This document shows, in pieces, positions 33,243 to 42,948 of a stretch of 64,000 bases of DNA. Each line of letters begins with the position of its first letter. Position 1 is the stretch's first letter. Made by a program: the position numbers and the translations under genes. The notes beneath the pieces are model-generated. The model made no database searches, was not told the DNA's origin, and saw only the letters and a list, made by a program, of their open reading frames with translations. This stretch comes from an uncultured Methanosarcinales archaeon (lineage in GTDB: Archaea > Halobacteriota > Methanosarcinia > Methanotrichales > Methanotrichaceae): the NCBI GenBank assembly GCA_963843555.1, contig CAWJKV010000004.1, forward strand, positions 1-64,000, read 5' to 3'.

Positions 33243-33846
33243 GGCAGAGGAGATCCTGGAGGCTGACTTTCGGCCTCCCGCCAAGCGCGGCGACCTCTAT
33301 AACGCTGCCAGGGAGGGAGCCAGGATCATTCTGCTCATAGACGGGGTCTTCTTCCAGGACTGCTCTGTGGCCCATAAGGAGGTCCTCTATGCCCTTGAGG
33401 CGGGAGCAAGAGTTCTGGGGGCATCGAGCATGGGAGCACTGCGGGCGTCTGAATTGGACATTTACGGCATGGAGGGCATAGGCATGATCTACCAGGCTTA
33501 CAAGAGCGGCCATCTGGTCTCTGATGATGAAGTGGCTCTCACCTTCGATCCTTTCACCTGGGAGCCGCGCTCCGAGCCGCTGGTGAACATTCGCTTCAAT
33601 CTGGATCTGGCCTGGCAGCAGGGAGCGATCAGCGCATCCTGCAAAGACAGGCTTTTCCGCTGTGCAGAGGCGCTCTACTTTCCAGAGAGAACCTATGAGC
33701 GGATGATGGAGAGTGCAAAGGCATTCGTTCCTGAAGAGGAGCTGCTGCATTTTCGCGAATTTCTGGCCGCGGAGCGAAGAGACTTCAAGATGGAGGATGC
33801 ATTGTTGGCTCTCGAGCGGGTGAAGGAGATAGCAGATGAGAATTAA
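33196..33846 (+). CDS. tfuA: TfuA-like thioamidation partner
   Basis: VFLGPSL, PPAKRGD, IDGVF, HKE, GASSMGALRASEL, DDEVA, SEPLVNIR. Confidence 0.95.
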   Translation: MPEIVVFLGPSLARSRAEEILEADFRPPAKRGDLYNAAREGARIILLIDGVFFQDCSVAHKEVLYALEAGARVLGASSMGALRASELDIYGMEGIGMIYQAYKSGHLVSDDEVALTFDPFTWEPRSEPLVNIRFNLDLAWQQGAISASCKDRLFRCAEALYFPERTYERMMESAKAFVPEEELLHFREFLAAERRDFKMEDALLALERVKEIADEN

Positions 33847-34111
33847 GGTCAGGTCTTTTGCCGGTTTTCGAAATATCCTGGGAAAAGAAATGGAGGTCGA
33901 GCTGGCGGAAGGGGCGAGGGTTGAAGATCTGCTGAATGACCTATGCTCTGCGAAAGCAGTTTTAAGGCCTCTCCTCTTTGATGAGGCGGGACTGAGAGAG
34001 GATGTGAATATCTTTGTGGCGGGCAAGAACATCGCATCCCTGGAGTCCCTTCGAACCATGCTCAATGATGGTGATGAGGTGGCCCTGTTTCCTGCAGCTA
34101 TTGGCGGATGA
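33836..34111 (+). CDS. MoaD/ThiS/SAMP ubiquitin-like sulfur carrier
   Basis: Beta-grasp size; ends DGDEVALFPAAIGG (C-terminal GG). Confidence 0.92.
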   Translation: MRIKVRSFAGFRNILGKEMEVELAEGARVEDLLNDLCSAKAVLRPLLFDEAGLREDVNIFVAGKNIASLESLRTMLNDGDEVALFPAAIGG

Positions 34112-34234
34112 GGGGCTCTCTAATGCAATGAATCAATTGAAGTTTAATTGAGACAATAGTATTAAGTATAACTATTAAATAGATTGAAATAATAGTTAAT
34201 AATTTCTCTGAGCTGAACAACGTTCTCGATCGCT

Positions 34235-35131
34235 ATGATGGAAGAGATTCAAGCTTTGAAGAAGGAACGCCACGCGACAATCCTGGCCCACAATTATCAG
34301 ATCCCTGCGGTCCAGGATGTGGCCGACCTGGTGGGCGATTCACTGGAGCTCTCCCGAGCTGCAGCCCGCCTGGACGCTGAGGTCATCATCTTTTGCGGTG
34401 TGGACTTCATGGCCGAGACGGCAGCCATCCTTTCGCCGCAGAAGAGGGTTGTGATACCTGAGAAGGGTGCCTGGTGCCCCATGGCCCATATGATCACACC
34501 TGATCAGCTGAAGGATCTGAAGGCTCTAAACCCTGAAGCGGCTGTGGTCTGCTATGTGAACTCCACGGCCGAGATCAAGGCAGAGAGCGATATATGCTGT
34601 ACATCTGCTAACGGCGTGCAGGTAGTAAACTCGCTGCCCAACAGGGAGGTCATCTTCGTTCCGGACAGGAACCTGGCTGCATACGTCGCCCGCATACCGA
34701 CAAGAAGGTCATTCCCTGGAATGGCTACTGCTATGTGCATGATCATTTCACTCCCGAGGATGTGAAGGCCGCGCGGGCGCTGCATCCCGGCAGCAGAGGT
34801 GCTGGTGCACCCGGAGTGCCGGCCGGAGGTCATCGATCAGGCCGATTTTGTCTACAGCACGGCTGGCATGGGAAAGCACGCCCTGGCAAGCCAGGCGCGC
34901 GAGTTCATCATCGGCACAGAGACCGGCATGATCTACAAGCTGAAGAAGGAGAATCCAGACAAGGAGTTCTATCCGCTGAGCGAGAATGCGGTCTGCCAGA
35001 ATATGAAGAAGACGACTCTGGAGAAGGTCTTGCGAGCGCTGCAGACTCTGGAGCCGCGCGTCACTGTGCCTGAGGAGATCGCGGGGAAGGCGAGAACGGC
35101 GATCGAGAGGATGCTGAAGGTCAAGGTTTGA
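34235..35131 (+). CDS. nadA: Quinolinate synthase (frameshifts near 34700 and 34790)
   Basis: [51 protein letters not shown]. Confidence 0.96.
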
Positions 35132-35495
35132 ACGATTGGCGGACAAACTGTCTTTCCTGGAAATTTGCATGGGAAGGGAGTTATGCAAAGAGCCAGGCGG
35201 ATGCTACTTACAGATCTTTGAGAATAGAAAATTCCATGATTCGCTACGTAACATTTGGGGTTGGGCCTAGAAGTATCTCCATTATATTATCCCTGCTGCT
35301 TAATGGATATCGAAAAAAAATGAAATTATACAATCAAGCCAAATGAAAACCCCGTAGTTGCCTAGATTATTTCGTTACAATGCCTTAGTAGCGACAAGCA
35401 AGGGCCGAAATGCCACATGGATTTCTAGCTGAAGAACGAAAAATATAAGCGTAAATTTGCTGCAACCATTTGCTGTTAAGCCTCTTTTTTCAAAA

Positions 35496-35720
35496 TTAAA
35501 GCAGGCTTGCTAGCTCTTCAATGCTAATGTCAGCATCTCGCAAAATTGCATGCAACGTGCCTTTGCGCAGATCCTTTTTGTGGAACGGCACTACTGCGAT
35601 CCTTTCCGTTCTCGGGTTGTAGTAATAATAATGGCTCCCTCTTACCCGTTTCAGTTCAAATCCGGCTCGTTCCAGTGCCCTGGCGAGCTTCTCTGGAGAT
35701 ATAGCCGGAAGCTTATGCAT
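35496..35720 (-). CDS. hicA: Type II TA toxin HicA
   Basis: LERAGFELKRVRGSH...VPFHKKDLRKGTLHAILRDA. Confidence 0.93.
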   Translation of the reverse strand: MHKLPAISPEKLARALERAGFELKRVRGSHYYYYNPRTERIAVVPFHKKDLRKGTLHAILRDADISIEELASLL

Positions 35721-35946
35721 AGGCTTCAACGGAAACGGTGTACTCTAAAACATCGTTGTCCCTTGGCACTTCTTTTCCTAACTCGTTGAGGGTCTCGATA
35801 TAGCCTTCTATGGCCTCTTTTGCCATTGATATGGCTTCATCAATTGTCTCGCCAAATGTAACGCATCCGGGCAGAGCGGGAACTATGACCGTATATCCGC
35901 CATCATCCTCTTTCAATAATCGGATTCTATAATTCAATGTTTGCAT
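35713..35946 (-). CDS. hicB: HicB-like antitoxin (short form without a C-terminal DNA-binding domain)
   Basis: EDDGGYTVIVPALPGCVTFGETIDEAISMAKEAI. Confidence 0.93.
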   Translation of the reverse strand: MQTLNYRIRLLKEDDGGYTVIVPALPGCVTFGETIDEAISMAKEAIEGYIETLNELGKEVPRDNDVLEYTVSVEAYA

Positions 35947-36086
35947 CTCAACTCAATATTCTTGTCCTGCTTATTCAACTTTTGGTTCTATTCCAGGACT
36001 TGCGCAGTCCTGAACTGAATGTTTCGGGACTGCGCATTAAAGACGCAAAAGAGATATCTTAAGGGTCCACATCATATAATTATATC

Positions 36087-36331
36087 ATGAACTGGCAAGA
36101 TCGAATATCCCAGGATCCAAGAATCTTTGCGGGAAAACCGGGATCAAAGGTACGCGCATAGCAGTGGAGTTTGTCATCGAACTGCTGGCCAATGACTGGA
36201 CCAAATCCGAGATCCATCCAGAACTACCCCAGATTGACTCACGAAGACATTCAGGCATGTCTCCAATATAGCAAGCGACCTGATGAAATCCGAGAGGTGT
36301 ATCCTCACAAAGTCGAACAGGACGGCCTTAA
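36087..36331 (+). pseudogene. DUF433-family antitoxin, frameshifted
   Basis: Manual translation across frames: MNWQDRISQDPRIFAGKP / IKGTRIAVEFVIELLA / NYPRLTHEDIQACLQY. Confidence 0.8.
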
Positions 36332-36580
36332 TGTGGCTACTAGCTGACGAGAATATCCCCCTCCGAGCCATATGAACGACTACGCAAGATGGGTTATGAT
36401 GTGCTATCGATCAGTGAGAGCGCTCCTCAGGCTTGCTACAGAGACATTATGATGCTTGCAGAAGAAGTAGGACGTATCCTTCTCATCTTTGACAAGGATT
36501 TTGGAGAGCTTGCTTTCAATTCAATAGACAGCCATCTTGCGGGATTTCCTTCCTTTGCCCCATTTTCTTTTCGATTTCCG
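36331..36580 (+). pseudogene. DUF5615 PIN-like toxin, frameshifted and apparently truncated
   Basis: MWLLADENIP / LRKMGYDVLSI...GRILLIFDKDFGELAF; coupled to DUF433 (TAATG). Confidence 0.78.
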
Positions 36581-37328
36581 CTATTTCGCAAGTATGCTTA
36601 AAAATTCCTTTACCACATCATCTGGATTGTTGAAACATTTGGTCGCATCATAGTGTTCGGCTACGGTAATACCATGCATTTTGAAAAGTCGATCTCGTTC
36701 ATGATCATGTACCGTACGTGATAGTTGGATGAAATGGCTCACCATCTACTTCGAGGATGCCCCATTTGCCATTATGGCAGATGAGAAAATCCGGTTCACG
36801 ATTCTTTCGATCCCCACTCGGCCCGAGCCTTGCCCTACAATTTGGAAGGAAGAGAACACCTGCTTTGTCAAATGATTGAGCTATTTTTATCTCAGACGCT
36901 GAACGGAAACCTAAATTGTTCCATGTCAAAATCTTTTCCGTCCGTTCTCCCGCAGCTTGATTAGATATGCCTCTGCCTTGTGCGATTTCAAGTAATTGAG
37001 ATCGCCAGTCGGGATCGATGTCGATAAGCTCACCGCTTACCATTAAACTATCCATTGCAATATCTACAGGGAGCACGGCTTCAATCGCTTTTTCAACGGA
37101 TATTCGAATGGGATGAGTCTTATCAATTAAGACGTCGTAAGCTGCACGTGGGCCTTTGAGTAGAAATCTCCAATAATCAACTCCAAAATCGGATGTGTAC
37201 CACCAAGAGTGTAGAGAGCATGAAAGCAATATATTCGCAGCATCTCCCTCGCTACCGTCAATTAAAAAACGAACTGCGCTTGCAAGAATTTGATCATCGC
37301 TTATCATATTGTCAAGTTGTGACGACAT
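36581..37328 (-). CDS. Protein with C-terminal PD-(D/E)XK / Vsr-DUF559-like nuclease domain (frameshift near 36715)
   Basis: REPDFLICHNGKWGILEVDGEPFH then, in the shifted frame, HDHERDRLFKMHGITVAEHYDA...EFLSILAK*. Confidence 0.65.
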
Positions 37329-37533
37329 AATCCAAAATTATCGTCACCATCATTTCAATGCTCTCATTTGGCATATTTCCTGGCCCATGCTTTCCGCAGC
37401 CCGCGGCTATTGCCATCCCACCTTTCATTTATTGATATTCCCATCCTCCTTATCCGACAATTTAAGATTCAGTCACATCTTCGCCCGAAGCCGCACGCAA
37501 TCGTATGGACGAGCACGAGTTCGATTTGCTACC

Positions 37534-38436
37534 TCACACCTTCAACTTTCCCAGCAGCTCGCAGGCTTTGCACATCTTCCCGACGCAGGGCTCGCCGCAT
37601 TCGTGGCATTTGCCCAGCTCTATCTGAGCCCAGTCTCCGCCAGCCATTTGCGCTATCTTCTCAAACCCCTGCAAAGTGGACTGACGGACCCCTGGAAAGA
37701 GGTTCTCCAGGCTGTTCATCATATCCCTGACATCCGCTCTCAAAGAAAGCTGAGCATAAGGGCACTCCCTGGATTCTGTGAAGACTCCATTCACCATGCA
37801 GTAGAGGGCGATCTCCTTTTCCGGAATATCTCGCAGCGGCTTGATGCGGGGCACGAGGCCCGGCTGTGCCCTCCTGGGCCGGAAGCGCATGAGCCGTTCC
37901 ATGTCGCCTTTCAGATAGTTCATCATTACCGACTGCGCTTCATCGTCCAGGTTATGGCCTGTGGCGACTTTGGCTGCGCCCAGCCTTTTTGCCGTGCGGT
38001 TCAGAGCATTCTTGCGAAAGACTCCGCAATAGGTGCAGGGTGCGACCTTTTTCCCCACCACCATCTCATCCAGATCGTAACCATACATCTCCCGGAAGGA
38101 GACGATCTCCTGCTTGATTCCGAGCTCCGCCGCAATCGCCCGGGCAGCCTTGATGGTGTCGTCTCTGTATCCGGCAATGCCCTCATCGACGGTGACGGCC
38201 ACCATCTCCACGTCCCTCCCGGCCAGGATCCTGTGAAGACAAAAGAGCAGGGCGGTGCTGTCCTTGCCACCGCTCACGGCCACGGCGATACGCTCGCCTT
38301 CCTCGACCATGCAGTTCTTCTCAATTGTCTCTGCCACTCTTCTCTCAAAATCCTCGATAAAGTGATCCTGGCAGAGGTGCCGGCCAAAATAAGGCTGGGA
38401 GAGGATGGCCCGCTCACGGCACAGGGAGCAGATCAT
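37534..38436 (-). CDS. ncsA: tRNA 2-thiolation protein (NcsA/TtuA/Ctu1 family)
   Basis: CxxC...CxxH Zn finger, AVSGGKDS PP-loop, PCTYCGVFR, ATGHNLDD, CPY, C-terminal CxxC...CxxC. Confidence 0.9.
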   Translation of the reverse strand: MICSLCRERAILSQPYFGRHLCQDHFIEDFERRVAETIEKNCMVEEGERIAVAVSGGKDSTALLFCLHRILAGRDVEMVAVTVDEGIAGYRDDTIKAARAIAAELGIKQEIVSFREMYGYDLDEMVVGKKVAPCTYCGVFRKNALNRTAKRLGAAKVATGHNLDDEAQSVMMNYLKGDMERLMRFRPRRAQPGLVPRIKPLRDIPEKEIALYCMVNGVFTESRECPYAQLSLRADVRDMMNSLENLFPGVRQSTLQGFEKIAQMAGGDWAQIELGKCHECGEPCVGKMCKACELLGKLKV

Positions 38437-38451
38437 GCTTTGAATACTTCC

Positions 38452-39204
38452 TCAGTCAATCCTGAATCTCTCCCGGTTAGTGTACACGCTGAGCCTCTTT
38501 CCCCGCAGAAAAGCGACTATGCATAGACCCGTCCTCTCGGCAATGGAGATGGCAAGACTTGTCGTAGCGCCGCGCGAGACGATTATGGGGATGCCGGCCA
38601 CGGAGCATTTGAGCGCCATGTCCGAGGAGATTCTGCCTGTGCAGGCAACATATGTCCTGCCAAAATTCACATCTTCGGCCAGCGCATGGCCGATGACTTT
38701 GTCCAGGGCGTTATGGCGGCCGATGTCCTCTGTGATAGAGATCGCTTTCGTCTCATTGAAGAGGCCTACAGAATGCACTCCGCCAGTGGCCACGTGTGTC
38801 TCGGACAGGGAGATGGCCTTCATCGCCTCCTGAGCCTGTTCTTTGCCTATTACCAGGTCGGATTTTATCTCTGGAAGCTTCGACTCATCCAGAAAGGAAG
38901 CGATCCCGCCGCAGCCACTGACGATCGGCCTTCTGGGTACTATGGCTCGCATGGGATTGGTGACGATGGCCCGCGCTACATTGCCCTCAATCTCCAGGGA
39001 CTCAATCTCCCCCCTTCCGGATACGATCCTCTCGGAATAGAGGTGGCCGACTACGAACTCTGATCTCTTCTCAGGGCTGATCATCGCTGTTACGAAATGC
39101 CGGCCGTTGATGAAGATGGAGAGGGGAACCTCCTCCACTACCTGGCAGGTCGTCTCCTCGACCTCATCGCCATCCAGCTTCCGGCATTTAAAATTTTTTA
39201 GCAT
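38452..39204 (-). CDS. fdhD: Formate dehydrogenase accessory sulfurtransferase FdhD
   Basis: EEVPLSIFING, SGCG, TGGVHS, EDIGRHNALDKVIG, TGRISSDM; start taken at ATG 39204. Confidence 0.93.
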   Translation of the reverse strand: MLKNFKCRKLDGDEVEETTCQVVEEVPLSIFINGRHFVTAMISPEKRSEFVVGHLYSERIVSGRGEIESLEIEGNVARAIVTNPMRAIVPRRPIVSGCGGIASFLDESKLPEIKSDLVIGKEQAQEAMKAISLSETHVATGGVHSVGLFNETKAISITEDIGRHNALDKVIGHALAEDVNFGRTYVACTGRISSDMALKCSVAGIPIIVSRGATTSLAISIAERTGLCIVAFLRGKRLSVYTNRERFRID

Positions 39205-39221
39205 TCTTTGCGACGCCTTCC

Positions 39222-40410
39222 CTACCCCATCCGGGCGATCTGTTCCAGAGCCGCCAGAAGCTTGTCGATCTCCCCTTCGGTATTGTAAAGATAAAGCGAG
39301 GCTCGGACGGTGCCGTACTTCAGTCCCAGGTGCTTCATGAGGGGAATGCAGCAATGGTGGCCGGAGCGAACAGATATGTTTGAAGCCTGATCTAGCATGA
39401 GAGCCACCTCGTGAGGCAGCAGCCCGTCCACGCCAAAGGAAACAACGCCACCCCGCGCTTCTGAGCCATCCTTTCCCGGGCCAATGATCTGCACGCCCTC
39501 AACCTCTTGTAGCCCATCCAGCAGCTTTCTGGTCAGCCGCATCTCCTGCGCATGAATCTCCTCGACTCCGGTTCGGGTCAGATAGTCCACGGCAGCGCCA
39601 AGACCAATGCCTGCCGAGATGTCTGGCGTGCCTGCTTCAAATCCCTCGTAGCCCTTCTTGATGACGTATTTGCCATCAAAGACATCCTCCACCATTCCGC
39701 CTCCCACCAGAAGAGGCTCTACCTCGCCCTTCCTCATCCAGAGGACTCCCGCGCCCGTGGGCCCAAGCATCTTATGGCCGGAGAAGCAGAGGAAATCGCA
39801 GTCGATATCCACGACGTTCACTGGCATATGTGGAACAGACTGGGCCCCATCGACGAGGAGGGCAGCTTCCTTTTCGCGGCAGATCCTGGCAACTTCCTTA
39901 ACTGGGAAGAACTGTGCCCAGAGCGTTGGAGAGCTGGCTTATAGCCACCAGCTTCGTGCCTTTGGTTATCGCTTTTTCATAATCCGCCAGGTCAAGCCTT
40001 CCTTCCCGGTCCGGCACTATTATCTCCAGCTCTATGCCCTGCTCCTTCAGCCTCATCCAGGGCAAGAGGTTGGAGTGATGCTCCAGAAGAGTGGTGACGA
40101 TCCGATCTCCCTTCTTCCAGGAGAGGCCGCGGGCAACGATATTGATGGACTCAGTGGTGTTCCTGGTGAAGACCGTCACGCCTTTCTCTCCTCCCACGAA
40201 GGCTGCCGCCTTACGGTGAGCGTCTCTGTAGCGCTGGTCGGCGAGCTGAGCCAGCCTGTAGACCCCCCGGCCGACATTGGCTTTGTAGGTTCTGTAGTAG
40301 TCCAGGACCGCTTGCAGAACCGGCTCAGGGGTGAGGCTGGTGGAGGCGCTGTCGAGGTAGATGACCTCCTTCAAAATAGGGAAATCCCGTCTTATATCCT
40401 GGACCCTCAC
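39222..40410 (-). CDS. Cysteine desulfurase (SufS/CsdA, group II), frameshift near 39900
   Basis: YLDSAST, NTTESIN, EHHSN, VDGAQS, SGHKMLGPTG, FEAGTP, VRSGHHCC. Confidence 0.93.
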
Positions 40411-41205
40411 AAAACCTCGTTCATGCTCCCCGTTCTGAAACCTTCCAGATCCAGGGTGACATATTTAAATCCGATGCTTTTGAGCTTCAATGCGATCTCG
40501 TCCCGGCAGTTCAATGCTTTTTCCGCATCCAATTGGGGGAGCTCAATTCGAGCCAGCTGGCCATGAGCCCTAACCCGAAGCTGCACGAATCCTAAGCGTT
40601 TCAGATACTCTTCTGCCTCTTCCACCATTCACGAGGTTGCCTTCTGTGATCCTCTCCCCATAAGGTATTCGTGAGGAGAGGCAGGCAGAGGAAGGCTTGT
40701 TCCAATTGGCGAGGCCAAGGCTCTGGGCCAGGGAACGAATATCCTCTTTGGTGATCCCTGACTCCACAAAAGGATGCCAGATTCCTTCTTCATCGCAGGC
40801 CTGGATCCCGGGCCGATAGTCCATGTAGTCGGAGAGGTTCACACCATCGGCTATGCAATCTATACCCTTTTCCCGGGCGATGCTCTTGAGAAGAGCCGCG
40901 GATTTTTTTTTGCAGATGTAGCACCTGTTGGCTGGATTTTGGGTGAAATCCTCATCAGAAAGAATGGAGAACTCTGCCACCATATAATTCAGTCCCAGGA
41001 ACCTTGCCAACTCTCGCGCTTGTTCTAGCTCACTTCTGGCCAGGGTTTCCGAATCTAGAACGACGGCCAGGGCAGAGTCGCCCAGGACGTCGTTCGCCAC
41101 CTTGGCCAGGAGACTGCTGTCTACCCCTCCCGAATAGGCCACCAGAAGCCTTCTCTTCCCGGCAATCCTATTTTTGAGATCCTCCAATTTCGCGGCCCGG
41201 TTCAT
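40407..41205 (-). CDS. larE: LarE-family ATP-dependent sulfur transferase (frameshift near 40630)
   Basis: AYSGGVDS PP-loop, NRCYICK, DYRPG, WNKPSSACLSSRIPYG, QLRVRAHG, DLEGFRTGSMN. Confidence 0.92.
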
Positions 41206-41242
41206 TATAGCTACCTTCTGGAGGAGATTTCCAGGGGATTAT

Positions 41243-41584
41243 TCATATAGCAGATCTCACTTCCGCTTTACACCTGGTGGAAATGCAGGCATTCTCATCA
41301 TCCTGAAGCATGCGGCAGATCTCGCAGATCCTCTTCACCAGATCATCTGCCTTTTTCTCGATAAGATCATCGGCTAGCTTTCCTATGGCCTCCCGGATAT
41401 CTTCCCTGAACTCAATATTATATCCTCTCTTCTTGGAGACGTACTGGGACACAGCCGGTGGCGTGATGCCCAGCATCCTGGAGACCTCTTTTTGGGATAT
41501 TCCTCTCTTGATCAGCTCCTCTGCGATGGCTGCCCTGATGCTGGGCAAAACATTCCAAACAATCTCCTCACATGGCGATTTCAT
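41243..41584 (-). CDS. Archaeal HTH transcriptional regulator (COG2522-like)
   Basis: MKSPCE...LPSIRA...SQKEVSRMLGITPPAVSQYVSKKRG...ICEIC. Confidence 0.85.
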   Translation of the reverse strand: MKSPCEEIVWNVLPSIRAAIAEELIKRGISQKEVSRMLGITPPAVSQYVSKKRGYNIEFREDIREAIGKLADDLIEKKADDLVKRICEICRMLQDDENACISTRCKAEVRSAI

Positions 41585-41811
41585 CTATCTAGTGCCTCAA
41601 ATCTGCGGTTATTGGCTTATTAATAAAGTCTTATTGATCAAGCCCTTCAAGCCTTAATTCTATAATCCTGGCGGAATCCTATGAATTTAACCCTTGCTGT
41701 TCCTTCGGTGCTGTCTCTCGCCGTCTGGCGAAGCGATCCCAGGCTCACTATGGGACAGGCCTTGCTGGTCAGCACCATTGTCCACCTCCACCTTATCGTC
41801 GTCTGATAATG

Positions 41812-42006
41812 TTATTTCCCCAGTCGGGAAACGGGAGATAATGAGTTCAGCCGAGCCAGGAAGAAGAGCTTATGGGTCCAGCGAAAATGAGATATCCTGT
41901 TCATCCAGAGGGCATGCAGGCCCGGATAGCATAGGATGACCTCCAGTGTCGATCTGGCGGCGGGATCCTTGGCAAAGACGGTCTGGATGTCTTCTGTGAT
42001 GCCCAT
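41812..42006 (-). pseudogene. cysE: Serine O-acetyltransferase N-terminal fragment
   Basis: EDIQTVFAKDPAARSTLEVILCYPGLHALW...LFFLARL, shifted ISRFPTGEI, then similarity is lost; no hexapeptide repeats follow. Confidence 0.8.
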
Positions 42007-42163
42007 TTCGGATAAGTCCTCAAAGAATCTTAACAGGAAACTTTGGCTATTGAAACGTTGCTTTATTTTCTGGCAACCATGCCTTCTGTTTCTTTCCGTC
42101 ACAATTGTTAATTGAGCAGAATATATAAAGATTGCCGAGGAAGGCTTGACAAGTGGGTTGGCT

Positions 42164-42886
42164 TCATCCTCTGGTTATCCTCTCCGCCCCCAGATGAGCG
42201 CGTCGCAGCTTTGGTACGTCTCCCCACAGCGCCATCTCCTCACCCCTAATCACTAATGCCCCTTCTATTCCCGGCCGGTCGATGGCCTGGAAGCACTCCT
42301 GCAGCGGCTCATTCGCTTGCACAGCATTCCCAAGGGCTGTGGCCGCGGCATCCGCCAGAGCCGCGTCCTTTGAGATGACCGTGGCCGCATCTGCAGAGCC
42401 AAAAGAGATGGATGGGCCCACCGTTCCGGAACTGGTGCAGATGCCCAGCGGGGCACGACGCGCCGGAAGCTCAAAAGCCAGATCCCGGATGGGTGAGCTG
42501 CCCGCATATATGCCTACTATTATCGGCTGGTCGTTTAAGATGCAGATGTCTCCACCGTTATCGACTATGGCATAAGTCGCCTTGGAATCCATCATCGAAC
42601 GCACGGCAAACTGGGCAATGACTCCCGCCACGGCTGCCATCGGGCCAATGCCAAAGACTATGCTTGATTCTATCATCTGTTTCACAATCTCCGGGGCATC
42701 GTCTGCCTGAAGATCGTAAGGCTCCAGTGTGAGCATGAAGAAGGGGTCTCTCCTTATGAAATCCTCCAGATAGGAGCGCTGCACTCTTATTGATTCTTTG
42801 GCGGCATCGATATGGCTCTGCTGGCGGGCTGAGATGGTGACTATGGTCTCCAAAAGCTGGAAGTGCTCTCGCAAAAGTTCATCCAT
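42164..42886 (-). CDS. UPF0280 / ApbE-like protein (COG2122)
   Basis: GIGPMAAVAG, VDNGGDI, GICTSSGTVGPSISFGSADAATV, ADAAATALGN. Confidence 0.9.
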   Translation of the reverse strand: MDELLREHFQLLETIVTISARQQSHIDAAKESIRVQRSYLEDFIRRDPFFMLTLEPYDLQADDAPEIVKQMIESSIVFGIGPMAAVAGVIAQFAVRSMMDSKATYAIVDNGGDICILNDQPIIVGIYAGSSPIRDLAFELPARRAPLGICTSSGTVGPSISFGSADAATVISKDAALADAAATALGNAVQANEPLQECFQAIDRPGIEGALVIRGEEMALWGDVPKLRRAHLGAERITRG

Positions 42887-42948
42887 GGCTTTGCGAGTGA
42901 CTCCATCTGCATCCTGGGCTCATTACCCGCAACCACTTTTCTACTGGC

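Noticed and set aside
32028..33846. YcaO-TfuA as a novel thioamitide RiPP cluster
   Set aside because: The sequence fits the methanogen MCR-modifying type, and no precursor peptide or other RiPP genes are adjacent.
37309..38526. Long antisense or overlapping ORFs (e.g. 37309-38526 +, 27524-28774 -, 39658-40566 +, 56967-57983 +, 46372-47292 -)
   Set aside because: Shadow ORFs of well-supported genes in GC-rich sequence, with no recognisable motifs.
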